64,000 bases of DNA from a virus. Taxonomy: Duplodnaviria > Caudoviricetes. Shown here one piece after another: positions 46,244-56,383 of this stretch; within the stretch, counting starts at the first letter, position 1, and each line of letters begins with the position of its first letter. The notes beneath the pieces are model-generated. The model searched no databases and was not told where the DNA came from. It worked only from the letters and a program-made list of their open reading frames with translations. The translations under genes and the position numbers were made by a program. The stretch spans positions 1 through 64,000 of the IMG/VR virus record IMGVR_UViG_3300020577_008200. One strand, written 5' to 3'.

Positions 46244-47213
46244 GTTTAATCATAACACGGTCCATCCCCAAAGTCAAGAGTTCTTTCCCGATATTTTGGC
46301 AAATACTTTTTTCCTTATATTCTTCCTTAATAATTTCATTGTTATCTAAGTCATGTGTTCCAAAATAACAAATTTTCTTATTAGTACAACTCCAATGGGG
46401 GTATTTCTTTTTTGGTCTAAAAGTATTCCGAATTAAATTAAATCTTTTTTCCAACATCTTTTCTGTTTTTTCTAAATCATCATCATCATAGCACATACTA
46501 ATAGGTCCACCATCATTAATATAAAATATAGTTACTATTATTTGTTTAACGTTAGGAAAAATATGACGAGCGGCGTAATAATACATTCGGAGTTGGCTAT
46601 CCGAACAAAGTTTATCGTAAGTTTTTTCTTCACCTGTATTAAAATCTTTTCTTTTACCCGTTTTATAATCTACCATTTCGTATATATCATTTCCTAAATC
46701 CACCATTAAATCCATCGTACCCTTAATAGCCAGTGTTCCTTTTAGGAGTTTACCATCTGGAAGTTTATATTCATACTTAGCCCACGGCTTATTTATCTCG
46801 AAATCAAAATAAGTTTCTGGTGAAACTATACTTTGATTCATTGGATTAAACATCCCATTATTATATTCTAAAGCAACTTTAAACCATTTTTTACAATCCC
46901 ATAAGTCTATTTCTTGCCAATTATACATAGTTGATTTTTTTGAATAGTAATCATAAGCTAGTTCGATACATAAATCTGGTGTTAGCTCAGATAGATAAAA
47001 TTTTCCTAGTTCTCCATTTGTGATAAATTTCTCTTTATTCTGCTGAGCTAGTTTTATACTAGCGAGCATCTCAAGTCCCTTATGAACAACACTTCCTTTT
47101 TCGGCAGCTAAGTTAGCTTGACTTCTATATCCAAGAACGTAATCCAAAAAATATTTCATCTCACATTGAGAAAAACAATTGTATGAACTAGACCGAAGGT
47201 ATGTGCAAATCAT
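46182..47213 (-). CDS. PD-(D/E)XK exonuclease (RecB/AddB/Cas4-like)
   Basis: SSSYNCF..C...YF, G...H..LE, KGTMDL....EMVDYKTG, QLRMY, C..W.C. Confidence 0.85.
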   Translation of the reverse strand: MICTYLRSSSYNCFSQCEMKYFLDYVLGYRSQANLAAEKGSVVHKGLEMLASIKLAQQNKEKFITNGELGKFYLSELTPDLCIELAYDYYSKKSTMYNWQEIDLWDCKKWFKVALEYNNGMFNPMNQSIVSPETYFDFEINKPWAKYEYKLPDGKLLKGTLAIKGTMDLMVDLGNDIYEMVDYKTGKRKDFNTGEEKTYDKLCSDSQLRMYYYAARHIFPNVKQIIVTIFYINDGGPISMCYDDDDLEKTEKMLEKRFNLIRNTFRPKKKYPHWSCTNKKICYFGTHDLDNNEIIKEEYKEKSICQNIGKELLTLGMDRVMIKRAKSSFDAYGYGAGRANEGK

Positions 47214-47216
47214 TAG

Positions 47217-47594
47217 TTAACTTTCAAATTTATTAATAGCTTCTAAAACCATCTTCATAGAATAGCAACGTGTAACTCTATTATCATTATAGAACATAAC
47301 ACCTTCTATTTTTTCTCCTAATATAATAATTTGCTTTTGCTTCGCAGTGGCGTAACCAAGCTCAATATGGCTTCCTCTGCCGGCCGGTAAAATCATTAGA
47401 AATAAATCGCAATCTTCTATTCCTTTTAATTCAGAGTCAATAGCCCATTGTCTATATTCAGCACAACTTTGAATCTTTTCTTCATCAAATTGAGTCCAGT
47501 CGCAAGTAACTTTATGTCCGAAATAACTTAGGAAAGCTATTGTGCTGGATACTAATTCTTTATTTTTTAAACCACTAGCAACGTAAATTTTCAT
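47217..47594 (-). CDS. Nucleoside 2-deoxyribosyltransferase-like protein
   Basis: KIYVAS, ELKGIEDCD...ILPAGRGSHIELGYA. Confidence 0.8.
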   Translation of the reverse strand: MKIYVASGLKNKELVSSTIAFLSYFGHKVTCDWTQFDEEKIQSCAEYRQWAIDSELKGIEDCDLFLMILPAGRGSHIELGYATAKQKQIIILGEKIEGVMFYNDNRVTRCYSMKMVLEAINKFES

Positions 47595-48304
47595 GCTTCG
47601 CCCCTTTTTACTTTATCATATTCATTTCCGCAAACAGAACATATTCTAGAAAAACATAGGCAGGTTCCACTTATATTTTTATTACAAGTTTTGCAAAATC
47701 TTCCTCCTATGCATTTTTGATGTAAAAGTAAAGTGCCTCTAACTTCCATATCTTTACCATTTTGAAATCCACAAGGTATCATACCAGTCATACCAAAATA
47801 AGACATTGGTAAATTAGCAAACTTGGCTAGTCTTAGTATTTTATCATGGAACTCTTCTAGAGTTCCGTTGTTCTCAATTACAATATCGCATTCCTTAGAT
47901 GTAAACTTAACTGTTGGGTCTGGTGGTACTGTTTTATTTTCTACCCACACAATTAGGTCTACCAAATTTTCTTGACGACAAGCTATTATTTCTTCATAAT
48001 CACGGATACCACCGCTTATCTCACCATTTTCTAAAGCCATTCTAATTAATGTGGTGGGACCATTAGCTCTTACTTCATTTCCGATATCATACCAGATAGT
48101 TCTCATCTCATTTGACTCATGCCGTCTAGCATAAGCTTCTTCTTCACTTAAGCCCAGTCTTTTTGCCACCTCTTTACAAAGATACTTACTAGTAGTACCA
48201 GCATTTTTAAGAGCCGTAATTTTAGCTAAATATTTACAAGCCGTATCCTTTCCTGCTCTCCCATTCCCAACGAATAACACTTTAGGCAAATCTTGTATTG
48301 GCAT
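47591..48304 (-). CDS. Deoxynucleoside monophosphate kinase-like P-loop protein with C-terminal Zn finger
   Basis: FVGNGRAGKDTA, GIRDYEE, D.VIENNGTLEEF; CKTC...CSVC. Confidence 0.7.
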   Translation of the reverse strand: MPIQDLPKVLFVGNGRAGKDTACKYLAKITALKNAGTTSKYLCKEVAKRLGLSEEEAYARRHESNEMRTIWYDIGNEVRANGPTTLIRMALENGEISGGIRDYEEIIACRQENLVDLIVWVENKTVPPDPTVKFTSKECDIVIENNGTLEEFHDKILRLAKFANLPMSYFGMTGMIPCGFQNGKDMEVRGTLLLHQKCIGGRFCKTCNKNISGTCLCFSRICSVCGNEYDKVKRGEA

Positions 48305-48305
48305 A

Positions 48306-49508
48306 TTAAAATTTCTTCCTTATCTTTTCTAACAGAGGACGTAGTTCATTATTACATATTTCTTCATTCCAATCCCCAGGGTCATTCACTGAGAATTCCG
48401 GGATATACAAAGTAAAACTTCTTTCTATTTTTTTCTTAATAGAAGCTATCGCTTTTCTTCCTGGCTCATCCATATCTAAAATTACTATTACGTTCAAAGC
48501 TCCGCTTGTCTCTATCAATATTTGTTGCTGTTCGCTTAATTCTGTACCGAATAATGCAACAGAATTATGAATTCCTAATTCTTCCAACTTCCAAACATCT
48601 GCTGGACCTTCCACTAAAATAATAGTCCCGGAATTATGAATGAATTTAGCGGCATTCCATAGGTTATATAAGTGTTCACTAATATTAGAATTAGAGCTAT
48701 TTTTCCATTTGGAGTATTTGAGAACTGCATATTGTTCATTAGTAGGGCAATCATAAGTTATATTATGCCACAGGTGACATTTTTCACATTTAGGATGAAT
48801 AGTACGTCCAGTACAGCATAACATTGTGTCCCCGTCTTGATTATAGATAGGAACAACTACTCTCTCATACATTTCTCTATTAACATTGGTACAAAGCCCC
48901 ACATCATAACTGTCCAGCGTAAGTTTTTTATAACCTTTATCCAAAAAGAATTTAGCCGGGATATCTAGGTTCTGACGAACCTGTTTTCGACTAATACCCG
49001 ACGCTTTTTTAAGTTCTTGTTTAGCAAGCACTTCCATTTGGGCCACAAATTTCTTTTTAGCTAATGCTTCATTATCAACTTTAATATCTTCTAACTTGAT
49101 ATCTAAAAATTTACAACACCAGTCTATTGTTTTGGTATAGTCGAAGACCTTTTCTTTTGGTTTATTAACATTCCAACCATGTTGTTTAGATAATACTCCA
49201 CGAATGAAACCAATTAGTGTAGGTTTAAATATTTGATGACACTGATGAGTGCGGCATTTCCAAAAACCTTTGACCGTATAACCATCTCGGTAGAGACTTA
49301 CTGCACTTTTATTATCTCCGTCATGAATTGGACAACGTCCAATATACATTTTATTACTTTTACTTAAAATTACTTCTAAAGCAAAAAATAATTCATCATA
49401 GGAATAGCAGAGCATATCAGTTAAAACTTCGATTCTACCTTGCTCATAGTATAATCTTCTGGGGTCAGGGATGAAATCCCTGTTAGAAGTCTGGGGTTTC
49501 TCCTTCAA
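48306..49508 (-). CDS. dnaG: DNA primase (CHC2 Zn-finger + Toprim)
   Basis: CPIHDGDN, WKC.T..C, RVVVPI, YNL, IILVEGPADVW, VALFG, LDMDEPG. Confidence 0.9.
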   Translation of the reverse strand: MKEKPQTSNRDFIPDPRRLYYEQGRIEVLTDMLCYSYDELFFALEVILSKSNKMYIGRCPIHDGDNKSAVSLYRDGYTVKGFWKCRTHQCHQIFKPTLIGFIRGVLSKQHGWNVNKPKEKVFDYTKTIDWCCKFLDIKLEDIKVDNEALAKKKFVAQMEVLAKQELKKASGISRKQVRQNLDIPAKFFLDKGYKKLTLDSYDVGLCTNVNREMYERVVVPIYNQDGDTMLCCTGRTIHPKCEKCHLWHNITYDCPTNEQYAVLKYSKWKNSSNSNISEHLYNLWNAAKFIHNSGTIILVEGPADVWKLEELGIHNSVALFGTELSEQQQILIETSGALNVIVILDMDEPGRKAIASIKKKIERSFTLYIPEFSVNDPGDWNEEICNNELRPLLEKIRKKF

Positions 49509-50946
49509 TCTTTATCTCCCCATGTTTTTTGTTTTTATGTTGGTTACGATGTAATTCATTGCGAGTTTCACCTTCTACAATTTTGCCTATCTCACCGAAC
49601 ATTTGCATATTGATATAGTCACCAGATTCCATACCCGCTCCGTGACGAGCGATAATTGGTACGAGCTTCCTATTATAATCTTTGTCTGTCAAAGGGCTAT
49701 CTTCAGCAATTTCTTCGTCGCTCTTGGGTTTGAAGATAGTAAAGTTAGAGCAAAGCCAAATAATTCTATCAGAACCGGAAGCTACATCTGTATCTTCTTT
49801 ATTAATCCCGTCTCGGTTTAATTGAATGAATGAAAGGAATGGTACACTATAACGAACCGCAAAATTATGCAAGCCTGTCATCTGAAAACCTAGAACTTGA
49901 TATTCTTGCAGATTTTTAGAGATGGCATCGCTGGACATCAATTTCAAATAATCATAAATGATAAGACAGGGTTTAGCTTCACCATTATCTTCCAACCCAA
50001 CTGTTTTCATAATCCATCTTCTCATGATGGATACTATTTCCTCGAATGGAAAGCCGGCAATAGATTGGTAATCATATGGCATATTTCGGAGTTTGTCAAC
50101 TGCTTCTTTGACAGCTTGAGCCTGCTTCTTATCTTTAGCAAATTTACCAGTTTCCAAAGTTTTAATTGGAACCCCAGACATAGTTGCAATCATACGATTC
50201 CAATGGTCCTCTTTAGACATTTCGGTATCTAAATTCAGAACTGGAATTCCTAATTTACCAGCTACATGTAATGCTACATTATCAGCAAATAAAGTTTTTC
50301 CTACTTTAGCTCTTGCCCCAATCATATTCACAGTCTTTTTCCGAAAGCCTCCGCCAATAGCTAAATCATACATAGGATAGCCAGAAGATATACCAACATT
50401 TTCCACTGGATTATCGGATATATGTTTAATATAAGCATCTAAGCCAGAACCCATTCGTTGAGGCCCATCAGCTTTACCTTCTGATAAACCGAGAGCAAAA
50501 TCATAAACTGGATTCTCCATCATAGCGAGAATCTTATCTATAGGCTCATCACCATTAACTTGTGAAAGTTCATCTTTGATAGTATCTACTACTACTGAAC
50601 CTTCACGAGCAATTTGGAGTTTACGAATTCTCTTAGCCATGCTTCTAACGTTTTCTAACTTAATTGGAAAATTCATTACTGCTCGACGATGCTTCCTTTC
50701 ATGATCCTTTTCTAAAAATTTATTAACTCCTAATGAGTTAGCTGCTGAAAATAATGTGGCAACATCTACAGAACCATTAGTTTTATCTTTAAGTAGATAT
50801 TCTAAACATCTAAATAATAATTCATTGCTATCATTAGTAAAAGTTGAATTGTTAATGATATCCGCAACATCTGTATAAGCACTACTCCCATATTGAAATA
50901 TACCTGCTAGAACAGCTTTCTCTGACGCAATATCACAATTATTCAT
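49483..50946 (-). CDS. dnaB: Replicative DNA helicase
   Basis: SEKAVLAGI, GARAKVGKT, LDTEMS, YDYLKL, FIQLNR, SDRI, RHG. Confidence 0.9.
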   Translation of the reverse strand: MNNCDIASEKAVLAGIFQYGSSAYTDVADIINNSTFTNDSNELLFRCLEYLLKDKTNGSVDVATLFSAANSLGVNKFLEKDHERKHRRAVMNFPIKLENVRSMAKRIRKLQIAREGSVVVDTIKDELSQVNGDEPIDKILAMMENPVYDFALGLSEGKADGPQRMGSGLDAYIKHISDNPVENVGISSGYPMYDLAIGGGFRKKTVNMIGARAKVGKTLFADNVALHVAGKLGIPVLNLDTEMSKEDHWNRMIATMSGVPIKTLETGKFAKDKKQAQAVKEAVDKLRNMPYDYQSIAGFPFEEIVSIMRRWIMKTVGLEDNGEAKPCLIIYDYLKLMSSDAISKNLQEYQVLGFQMTGLHNFAVRYSVPFLSFIQLNRDGINKEDTDVASGSDRIIWLCSNFTIFKPKSDEEIAEDSPLTDKDYNRKLVPIIARHGAGMESGDYINMQMFGEIGKIVEGETRNELHRNQHKNKKHGEIKIEGETPDF

Positions 50947-50948
50947 TA

Positions 50949-51722
50949 CTATCTTCCTCTATTTCTTAAGATACAACCATCACATTGATATGTTGTTTTA
51001 TCGTCACCTTCTAGCCTTCCGGGAGCCATCTTAGAACTAATTTTATATCTGCGATTGCATCCTCGACATGTGACAATAACACCGACATCTGGAGGTCGTT
51101 TTTGAATAAATTTATGGGCTGCAATAGAATTCTTGCTTCTAACTTTATTATCAAATAAAAGAGTGTCTTCGGCAGCGTAAGCTTTATTATCTACAAACTT
51201 ATTAACACGCTTCTTAATTTGAAACTGTACTCTGGAACATTGTCTTCCACCAGTTGGTGTACTATCTGAACCATCTAAAGGTTGCTCATTGAAATTAGTT
51301 GGTAAAATTAATTTTGTTTTATTAGCCATAGTTGGCCCAGGAAGAATTAAACTATTTTCTAGAACTGGTTCTTCATCGACGGAGTTTGCAGAGAAGGCAC
51401 CGTCATCAACAGGCTGTTCAGAAAAATTTTGTTCTTCTATCAACTCTTCTGATGGTAAATCATTTTCATAATCATCTGGTAATGGAGAAAAAGTTCCCTC
51501 TAAAGATGTAGGAGAAGGCTCTGGGCGAGCCGGGGAATCTGTTTCTGTAGATGTGTGGTGCTTTCCCTGCAAATCCGAGAAAACGGTTTTCAATTTTTGA
51601 ACGTGTTCATCGGTGATTTGAGAAGGTTCAAGTTTTTCACCTGTTATCATGGAGTAACCTTTGGAGATTTTAGTCATATCTCCAGCAAGGATACCCTGTT
51701 TAATTAATTCTAATGCGCTCAT
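50949..51722 (-). CDS. Hypothetical protein with acidic/Pro-rich centre and C-terminal Zn finger
   Basis: CRGC...CDGC. Confidence 0.6.
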   Translation of the reverse strand: MSALELIKQGILAGDMTKISKGYSMITGEKLEPSQITDEHVQKLKTVFSDLQGKHHTSTETDSPARPEPSPTSLEGTFSPLPDDYENDLPSEELIEEQNFSEQPVDDGAFSANSVDEEPVLENSLILPGPTMANKTKLILPTNFNEQPLDGSDSTPTGGRQCSRVQFQIKKRVNKFVDNKAYAAEDTLLFDNKVRSKNSIAAHKFIQKRPPDVGVIVTCRGCNRRYKISSKMAPGRLEGDDKTTYQCDGCILRNRGR

Positions 51723-52210
51723 ATTTTTCTCTTACTCTGTTGATATTCTGAAAATCTATAGGAAAGTGCATCACACTTAGCCGATAAATAATTGATTTGG
51801 TCTACTCTGGCTTGTGCTTGTGTTCTTAGACTTTCTAGTGATAAAGCAAAACTATTATCTTTGATAGCTAACATTTTTCTTTCTGGTGCTGACCCAGCAG
51901 AGTAATTCTTCATTTCTCCTAGAATAGCTCTATCAATCTGAGCCGTAGCCCAATTCATTCTTCGTAATTCTATATTTATACTTCTTTGTAAATAAAACGA
52001 ATATTGTCCAAGTGTTATACTAGCTATTGCAGCATCTTCTCCTGACATACATCTTATATCATCCTCTGACATTGTCAAATATTTTTCCGCTTTTATATCT
52101 GGATTACCATTTTTAATTCCTAATCCTTGTTCATATTCCAATAGTAATTCGTCTACTTTAGTTGCTAAGTCATTCGCCGTATATTTTATTGATTTCTCTT
52201 CGCCATTCAT
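51719..52210 (-). CDS. Hypothetical coiled-coil protein, possibly UvsY-like mediator
   Basis: All-helical, about 160 aa, between recA and dnaB; weak resemblance only. Confidence 0.35.
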   Translation of the reverse strand: MNGEEKSIKYTANDLATKVDELLLEYEQGLGIKNGNPDIKAEKYLTMSEDDIRCMSGEDAAIASITLGQYSFYLQRSINIELRRMNWATAQIDRAILGEMKNYSAGSAPERKMLAIKDNSFALSLESLRTQAQARVDQINYLSAKCDALSYRFSEYQQSKRKI

Positions 52211-52580
52211 CTTCTGTTTCCTTGTATGAGCAAATTGCGAGATGGATTTTATTCAACTGGCACCAGTCTGCTTTGACTGAGTCACGTTTTTTAGAGGCAA
52301 TAAAACCATTAGTGCTACCATGAAAATGAGGAACATATTCATAGTGCTGTCTACCATGTGCTTCCACTATTAAACCTAATTGTGGTAGATAGAAATCGGC
52401 GTAAAGCTTAGTTCCAGGTAAAGGGACTTCTTCAAGAAGCTTTTGTCCTGAAAACATTGATTTTAATAGTGCCCTAATACTAACATGTAGCTCACTTCTA
52501 GGTTTAGTTTCATTAAGAGAAGCTTCATATCCTACCAGATACCAACTATATTCTTTTCCGTCTAAACCTTTGACTTTCAT
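52170..52580 (-). CDS. DUF559/Vsr-like endonuclease
   Basis: LYADFYLP.LGLIVEAHGRQHY...KRD..K..WC. Confidence 0.75.
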   Translation of the reverse strand: MKVKGLDGKEYSWYLVGYEASLNETKPRSELHVSIRALLKSMFSGQKLLEEVPLPGTKLYADFYLPQLGLIVEAHGRQHYEYVPHFHGSTNGFIASKKRDSVKADWCQLNKIHLAICSYKETEDEWRREINKIYGE

Positions 52581-52774
52581 GGTATATACTCATCACAATC
52601 TAAACATCTTTTACCTATTATCATTTGATTAATTTCTCCATATTCGTCAATCGTATTTTTATGCTGGCATTTCTTCCGAATTTCAAATAAGGCGTCTTGT
52701 AAATTAATAATTTTTTCTCGAATATAATTAACTTTATGCCTTGTAAATGAAATAGATTCAGTATTAGTAGTCAT
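52577..52774 (-). CDS. Small hypothetical protein (C.H...C.DC)
   Basis: 65 aa, coupled to neighbours. Confidence 0.55.
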   Translation of the reverse strand: MTTNTESISFTRHKVNYIREKIINLQDALFEIRKKCQHKNTIDEYGEINQMIIGKRCLDCDEYIP

Positions 52775-52991
52775 ATTCTTTAGGCTCTACTTGGTCTTGA
52801 GGATGTTTGGAAGGTTCGTACCCGGTATATTGATGACCTTCACAAGAATAAATGCAATACCAATTATCTTCATCGTCTTTGTATTCATCTATACAATTAA
52901 CTTGTCCCCAACAAGGTTCATCTCTAGTATCAAAACTTGAATAACACTCTGCATAAGTATTGTCATAGCTTGGTAGTCTATAGTAGCTCAT
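52764..52991 (-). CDS. Small Cys-containing hypothetical protein
   Basis: 75 aa; EPCWG.V...Y.CEGH. Confidence 0.55.
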   Translation of the reverse strand: MSYYRLPSYDNTYAECYSSFDTRDEPCWGQVNCIDEYKDDEDNWYCIYSCEGHQYTGYEPSKHPQDQVEPKEYDY

Positions 52992-54037
52992 TTTACCCCC
53001 AACATTGTATTTACATCTTTTTCCAATATTTCCAACCAGCCCGGATTTGCTTTTAAAAGTTGATACAACTTTTCTTCACCTTGAGCCTTATATCTCTTTT
53101 TATTTTCTTCGTTCCATTCTTCGATACCTAGTGTGGTTAAATGATTTTGTAAGAAGGAACAAGTAAACCAAGAACCAGCTTTTTCAATTAAACCTAAGTC
53201 AGTTCCCAATACAATAGATTCTTTAACCTCATCAATACCTTTTCCGTAACGGATATAGGAAATACATTCTTGATGTGGAGGTATCCCTAATGCGGAACAC
53301 TCTACTTCCCAAGTTAACATGTTACCTACTCTCTTACCTTCTTCTTCCCAAGCTTCTTCTTTACGACAACGTAGTTTAACATCTACTTGATACTTAATAC
53401 TATTTCCACCTTTTTCCTGAACAGCCGCTCCATAACCACTAGTATTAGCCATTAATTGCACAATACCAATTACTATATTTCGTTTTACTGGTACTACTGC
53501 CGCCATTTGTCTACAAAATTGTGATAGGAGTAATGCTCCACCGCCGCGAGTTGAAGTTCCAACACCTTCCTGAATTTCTTTTTCATGGCATAACATAGAG
53601 TAGGAATCAAAGATAACTACACACTCTTTATGATTCATAAGAATACGTTCAGCTATATTTAGATAGTCTTGTGCGGATAATATCTTATCTTCATCAGAAC
53701 CTATTACTGTAAATTTTTCCTTATCAATACCAGCACCACTTATATTCATTTCTTTTAAACGGCCTTCAATATCAAGATAGTAAATATGCTTATTTCCATA
53801 TTTTTCTTGTTGGCATTTAGCCGCAAAATGTAGTGCTGTAGTCGTCTTTCCACACTTCTCTTTTCCAACAAAGTTAACCCAACTTCCTTCTGGAATACCT
53901 CCAGTGACTAAATTTAGAGAAGGTCCAATTGGTATAATACGCTTTTTCTTTTTAAGGAAATCAACTCCACTAGTAGCAAGTTTATCACCAAAATCCTTCT
54001 TAATTAATTTTAGAACATTATCTGTAAATTCATTCAT
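52988..54037 (-). CDS. recA: RecA/UvsX recombinase
   Basis: GGIPEG, GKEKCGKTT, YLDIEG, VIFDS, GG.SIKY..DV, YGKGID, AGSWF. Confidence 0.9.
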   Translation of the reverse strand: MNEFTDNVLKLIKKDFGDKLATSGVDFLKKKKRIIPIGPSLNLVTGGIPEGSWVNFVGKEKCGKTTTALHFAAKCQQEKYGNKHIYYLDIEGRLKEMNISGAGIDKEKFTVIGSDEDKILSAQDYLNIAERILMNHKECVVIFDSYSMLCHEKEIQEGVGTSTRGGGALLLSQFCRQMAAVVPVKRNIVIGIVQLMANTSGYGAAVQEKGGNSIKYQVDVKLRCRKEEAWEEEGKRVGNMLTWEVECSALGIPPHQECISYIRYGKGIDEVKESIVLGTDLGLIEKAGSWFTCSFLQNHLTTLGIEEWNEENKKRYKAQGEEKLYQLLKANPGWLEILEKDVNTMLGVK

Positions 54038-54513
54038 TAATCTAAATCTCGCAATCTGGCTTTAACTGATTTACCTTCTACAAAAGCTTCTCTTGGTTTT
54101 TCTTCAGTAGTTGTTCGTTCAATTGGTGTGTGATTTGCAGAGGAGGCACCCTCATCACGCTTCTTTAACTTGTTCAATTTCTCTTGTTCTAGTTTAAAAT
54201 CATCGTCTAACCATTTAGCCTTTAATGAATAACATTTCCAATTTTTCTTAAGTGCAGCTATAATAGCCGCCGGTTCATACATCTTTAATAAACTAGTAGC
54301 AGTAAGTAACTGCATTAGATACGTTTTTTTCCACTTATCTGTATTCCAGAATTTAACTGGAAGTACACATTTTTCTTTCATTGCTAAACGTTCACAGACT
54401 AACTCTGCTATGTAATTTTGCGGTGTACAATAGCTATTTTCTTCCCCATACTTTGATTTATAACGTGAAGCTTCGCTTTGTTCCTGAGCCATTTCTTGCT
54501 CCATTAAGTTCAT
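54037..54513 (-). CDS. Hypothetical protein
   Basis: 158 aa. Confidence 0.6.
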   Translation of the reverse strand: MNLMEQEMAQEQSEASRYKSKYGEENSYCTPQNYIAELVCERLAMKEKCVLPVKFWNTDKWKKTYLMQLLTATSLLKMYEPAAIIAALKKNWKCYSLKAKWLDDDFKLEQEKLNKLKKRDEGASSANHTPIERTTTEEKPREAFVEGKSVKARLRDLD

Positions 54514-55207
54514 AGTAACGTTCTAAGAATCGTTGCTCAGCCATTTCTGGTTTTTGAGCTTTAATTCTTTTTTCAATAGGTTTTATAGTTTCATCAAAGC
54601 TATCCATAATAACCTGAGTAGTTAATAAATCTCTAGCTTCTGTTACCAAAGCTATATTATCAGCTTTCTTAATTTCGTTATGATTAGATATGAAATCCAA
54701 TTTAAATTTTTCAGCTATCGCTTGCTCTAACTTATTTTCAACGTCTTTAAACTCAACCATAAAACGTTTTACTGGCCGAATCATATCTCCAATTATTGAC
54801 TCTGTTGCATCATGAAGTAGTCCCTCCATTGCAATCTCAGGACTAACTAGTTTACTCACTAATACTGAGTGTTGAGCTACACTATAAAATCGTTTAACAT
54901 GTCCATTAAAACGACATATCATGGATAAGGCACGAGCAATATCAATAATATCAATGTCGTCAATGTTAGGATTAAAAACATAAAACTTCTTACCAGTGTA
55001 AGTTGATATCCAACCGTCTCTCTTATCCTTCATTCCGTAGCAACAACCATTTTCTTCAACTGGCTTGAATTTTTCATGAAGCTTTTTATATTCGTCGTCT
55101 TTAAGCCACTCTTTTTCAAGTTCTTTTAATTTATGAGTACCACAACATATATTTTCATGTAAATGTAATGTATCATCATTTGTTATTATTGGTAATTTAT
55201 CACTCAT
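54458..55207 (-). CDS. HD-domain 5'-deoxynucleotidase (YfdR-like)
   Basis: ISTYTG, DIIDIARALS.ICRFNGH, YSVAQHS, LLHDATE, DM.RP.K, KKAD..AL.TE.RDL. Confidence 0.9.
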   Translation of the reverse strand: MSDKLPIITNDDTLHLHENICCGTHKLKELEKEWLKDDEYKKLHEKFKPVEENGCCYGMKDKRDGWISTYTGKKFYVFNPNIDDIDIIDIARALSMICRFNGHVKRFYSVAQHSVLVSKLVSPEIAMEGLLHDATESIIGDMIRPVKRFMVEFKDVENKLEQAIAEKFKLDFISNHNEIKKADNIALVTEARDLLTTQVIMDSFDETIKPIEKRIKAQKPEMAEQRFLERYYELNGARNGSGTKRSFTL

Positions 55208-55532
55208 TTTTATATCTTCTCTTTTCCGGTATACTCATAGATTGAAAAGACCATCCTAGTTTTTTAGAGCGAAGCTCTAATTGTTTGTGTCCAAACGTTC
55301 TCATAAATCTACGAAGCTTCTTATGTCCTTTAATAAAATTTTCTTTAGAATATACACATCCTTCTGGCGTATCTCTATTATCTTTAAGCCCAAAAGATGA
55401 ATTTCCGACTTCATCTTTCTTAACTACCATTGATAAGCCTATTGGATGAAGTATAGTTCTATTGATTTCAAAAAGTAAACCGCTTTCTAATATAAAAGCG
55501 GCGTCCATTTTTCTATCTTTCCATTCTTCCAT
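55200..55532 (-). CDS. Hypothetical protein
   Basis: GLLFEINR.ILHP.GL motif. Confidence 0.6.
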   Translation of the reverse strand: MEEWKDRKMDAAFILESGLLFEINRTILHPIGLSMVVKKDEVGNSSFGLKDNRDTPEGCVYSKENFIKGHKKLRRFMRTFGHKQLELRSKKLGWSFQSMSIPEKRRYKNE

Positions 55533-55533
55533 T

Positions 55534-55947
55534 CTAGTTCCTTATCAAGAAATCTTCTGGTACAGTATGTTCTTTAATAACATCTTCATCAGCTAGGACA
55601 AGCTCGGGAACTTTAAAAGTTTTTCGATAAATTAAGTTACTCTTAATGTAGCCAACTATAAAAAAATTTAGACTCCCACCACCTAAAAATTGAACTATTT
55701 TATTTCCAAAGAAATAGCCGTCAGTCTCAATTCCATTGAATACGTTTATTATATTCGAGCGAAATTGCAAATGCAAGTTAATAATAAAAACTTTTTCAGA
55801 CTTTATATACTGTTTTAGTCTCTTCCATGCTATAGGTTCTATACAACCTTCTCTGTTATCGTCTTGATAGACAGAAATTCCATTGGATAAGTCAGCAATC
55901 CATCTAACTTTTTCTTCAATAAATTCGTCGGGCTTTATGCATATCAT
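55534..55947 (-). CDS. Hypothetical protein
   Basis: 137 aa. Confidence 0.6.
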   Translation of the reverse strand: MICIKPDEFIEEKVRWIADLSNGISVYQDDNREGCIEPIAWKRLKQYIKSEKVFIINLHLQFRSNIINVFNGIETDGYFFGNKIVQFLGGGSLNFFIVGYIKSNLIYRKTFKVPELVLADEDVIKEHTVPEDFLIRN

Positions 55948-55948
55948 T

Positions 55949-56383
55949 TCATCTTCCGGTTGCTGGAATTACCGAATCACTATATAGAGATTGTCCACCT
56001 TTTACTTTTTGTATTTCATCTGAAATCATACCTGCTGAAGCTGTCATAGCGGTAAATGTGCCACGTCTAGCAAATGCTTCTCTAAGAATAGATTTATTTT
56101 CTCTAGCCTTAATAACTTCTGGCTGTTTTACTTGAGGAGTATCTAAATCTAAATTTGGCAGAGAAAGCACAGGGTCAGAAGAAGAGAGAGTTGCCGAGTC
56201 AAGGGAGTCGGGCTTTGTTTTTTGTGAGGATTGCCTTTCCTGCTCATATTTTTTTTGAGCTTCTACCGCCATGTAGACTTCAATTAAAGTTTTCCCCTTT
56301 TTCAAAATATGGGCTAGTTCTTCGCTAGTTCTATCTAGATTAGCGTCAATATAAAATTTATCCGCAATATTTAACTCATCCAT
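55949..56383 (-). CDS. Hypothetical protein
   Basis: 144 aa. Confidence 0.6.
   Translation of the reverse strand: MDELNIADKFYIDANLDRTSEELAHILKKGKTLIEVYMAVEAQKKYEQERQSSQKTKPDSLDSATLSSSDPVLSLPNLDLDTPQVKQPEVIKARENKSILREAFARRGTFTAMTASAGMISDEIQKVKGGQSLYSDSVIPATGR

Noticed and set aside
46182-47213. Cas4 as part of a CRISPR-Cas locus
   Set aside because: No other cas genes or array; context is replication/recombination, so a RecB-like exonuclease is more likely.
51385-51399. 15-nt match (TTGCAGAGAAGGCAC) to the ssb-downstream hairpin in inverted orientation
   Set aside because: Single short match inside a coding region with no further similarity; most likely chance.
54458-55207. DatZ / 2-aminoadenine (Z-genome) system
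   Set aside because: The HD protein has YfdR-type motifs, and no PurZ or MazZ is visible in the window.
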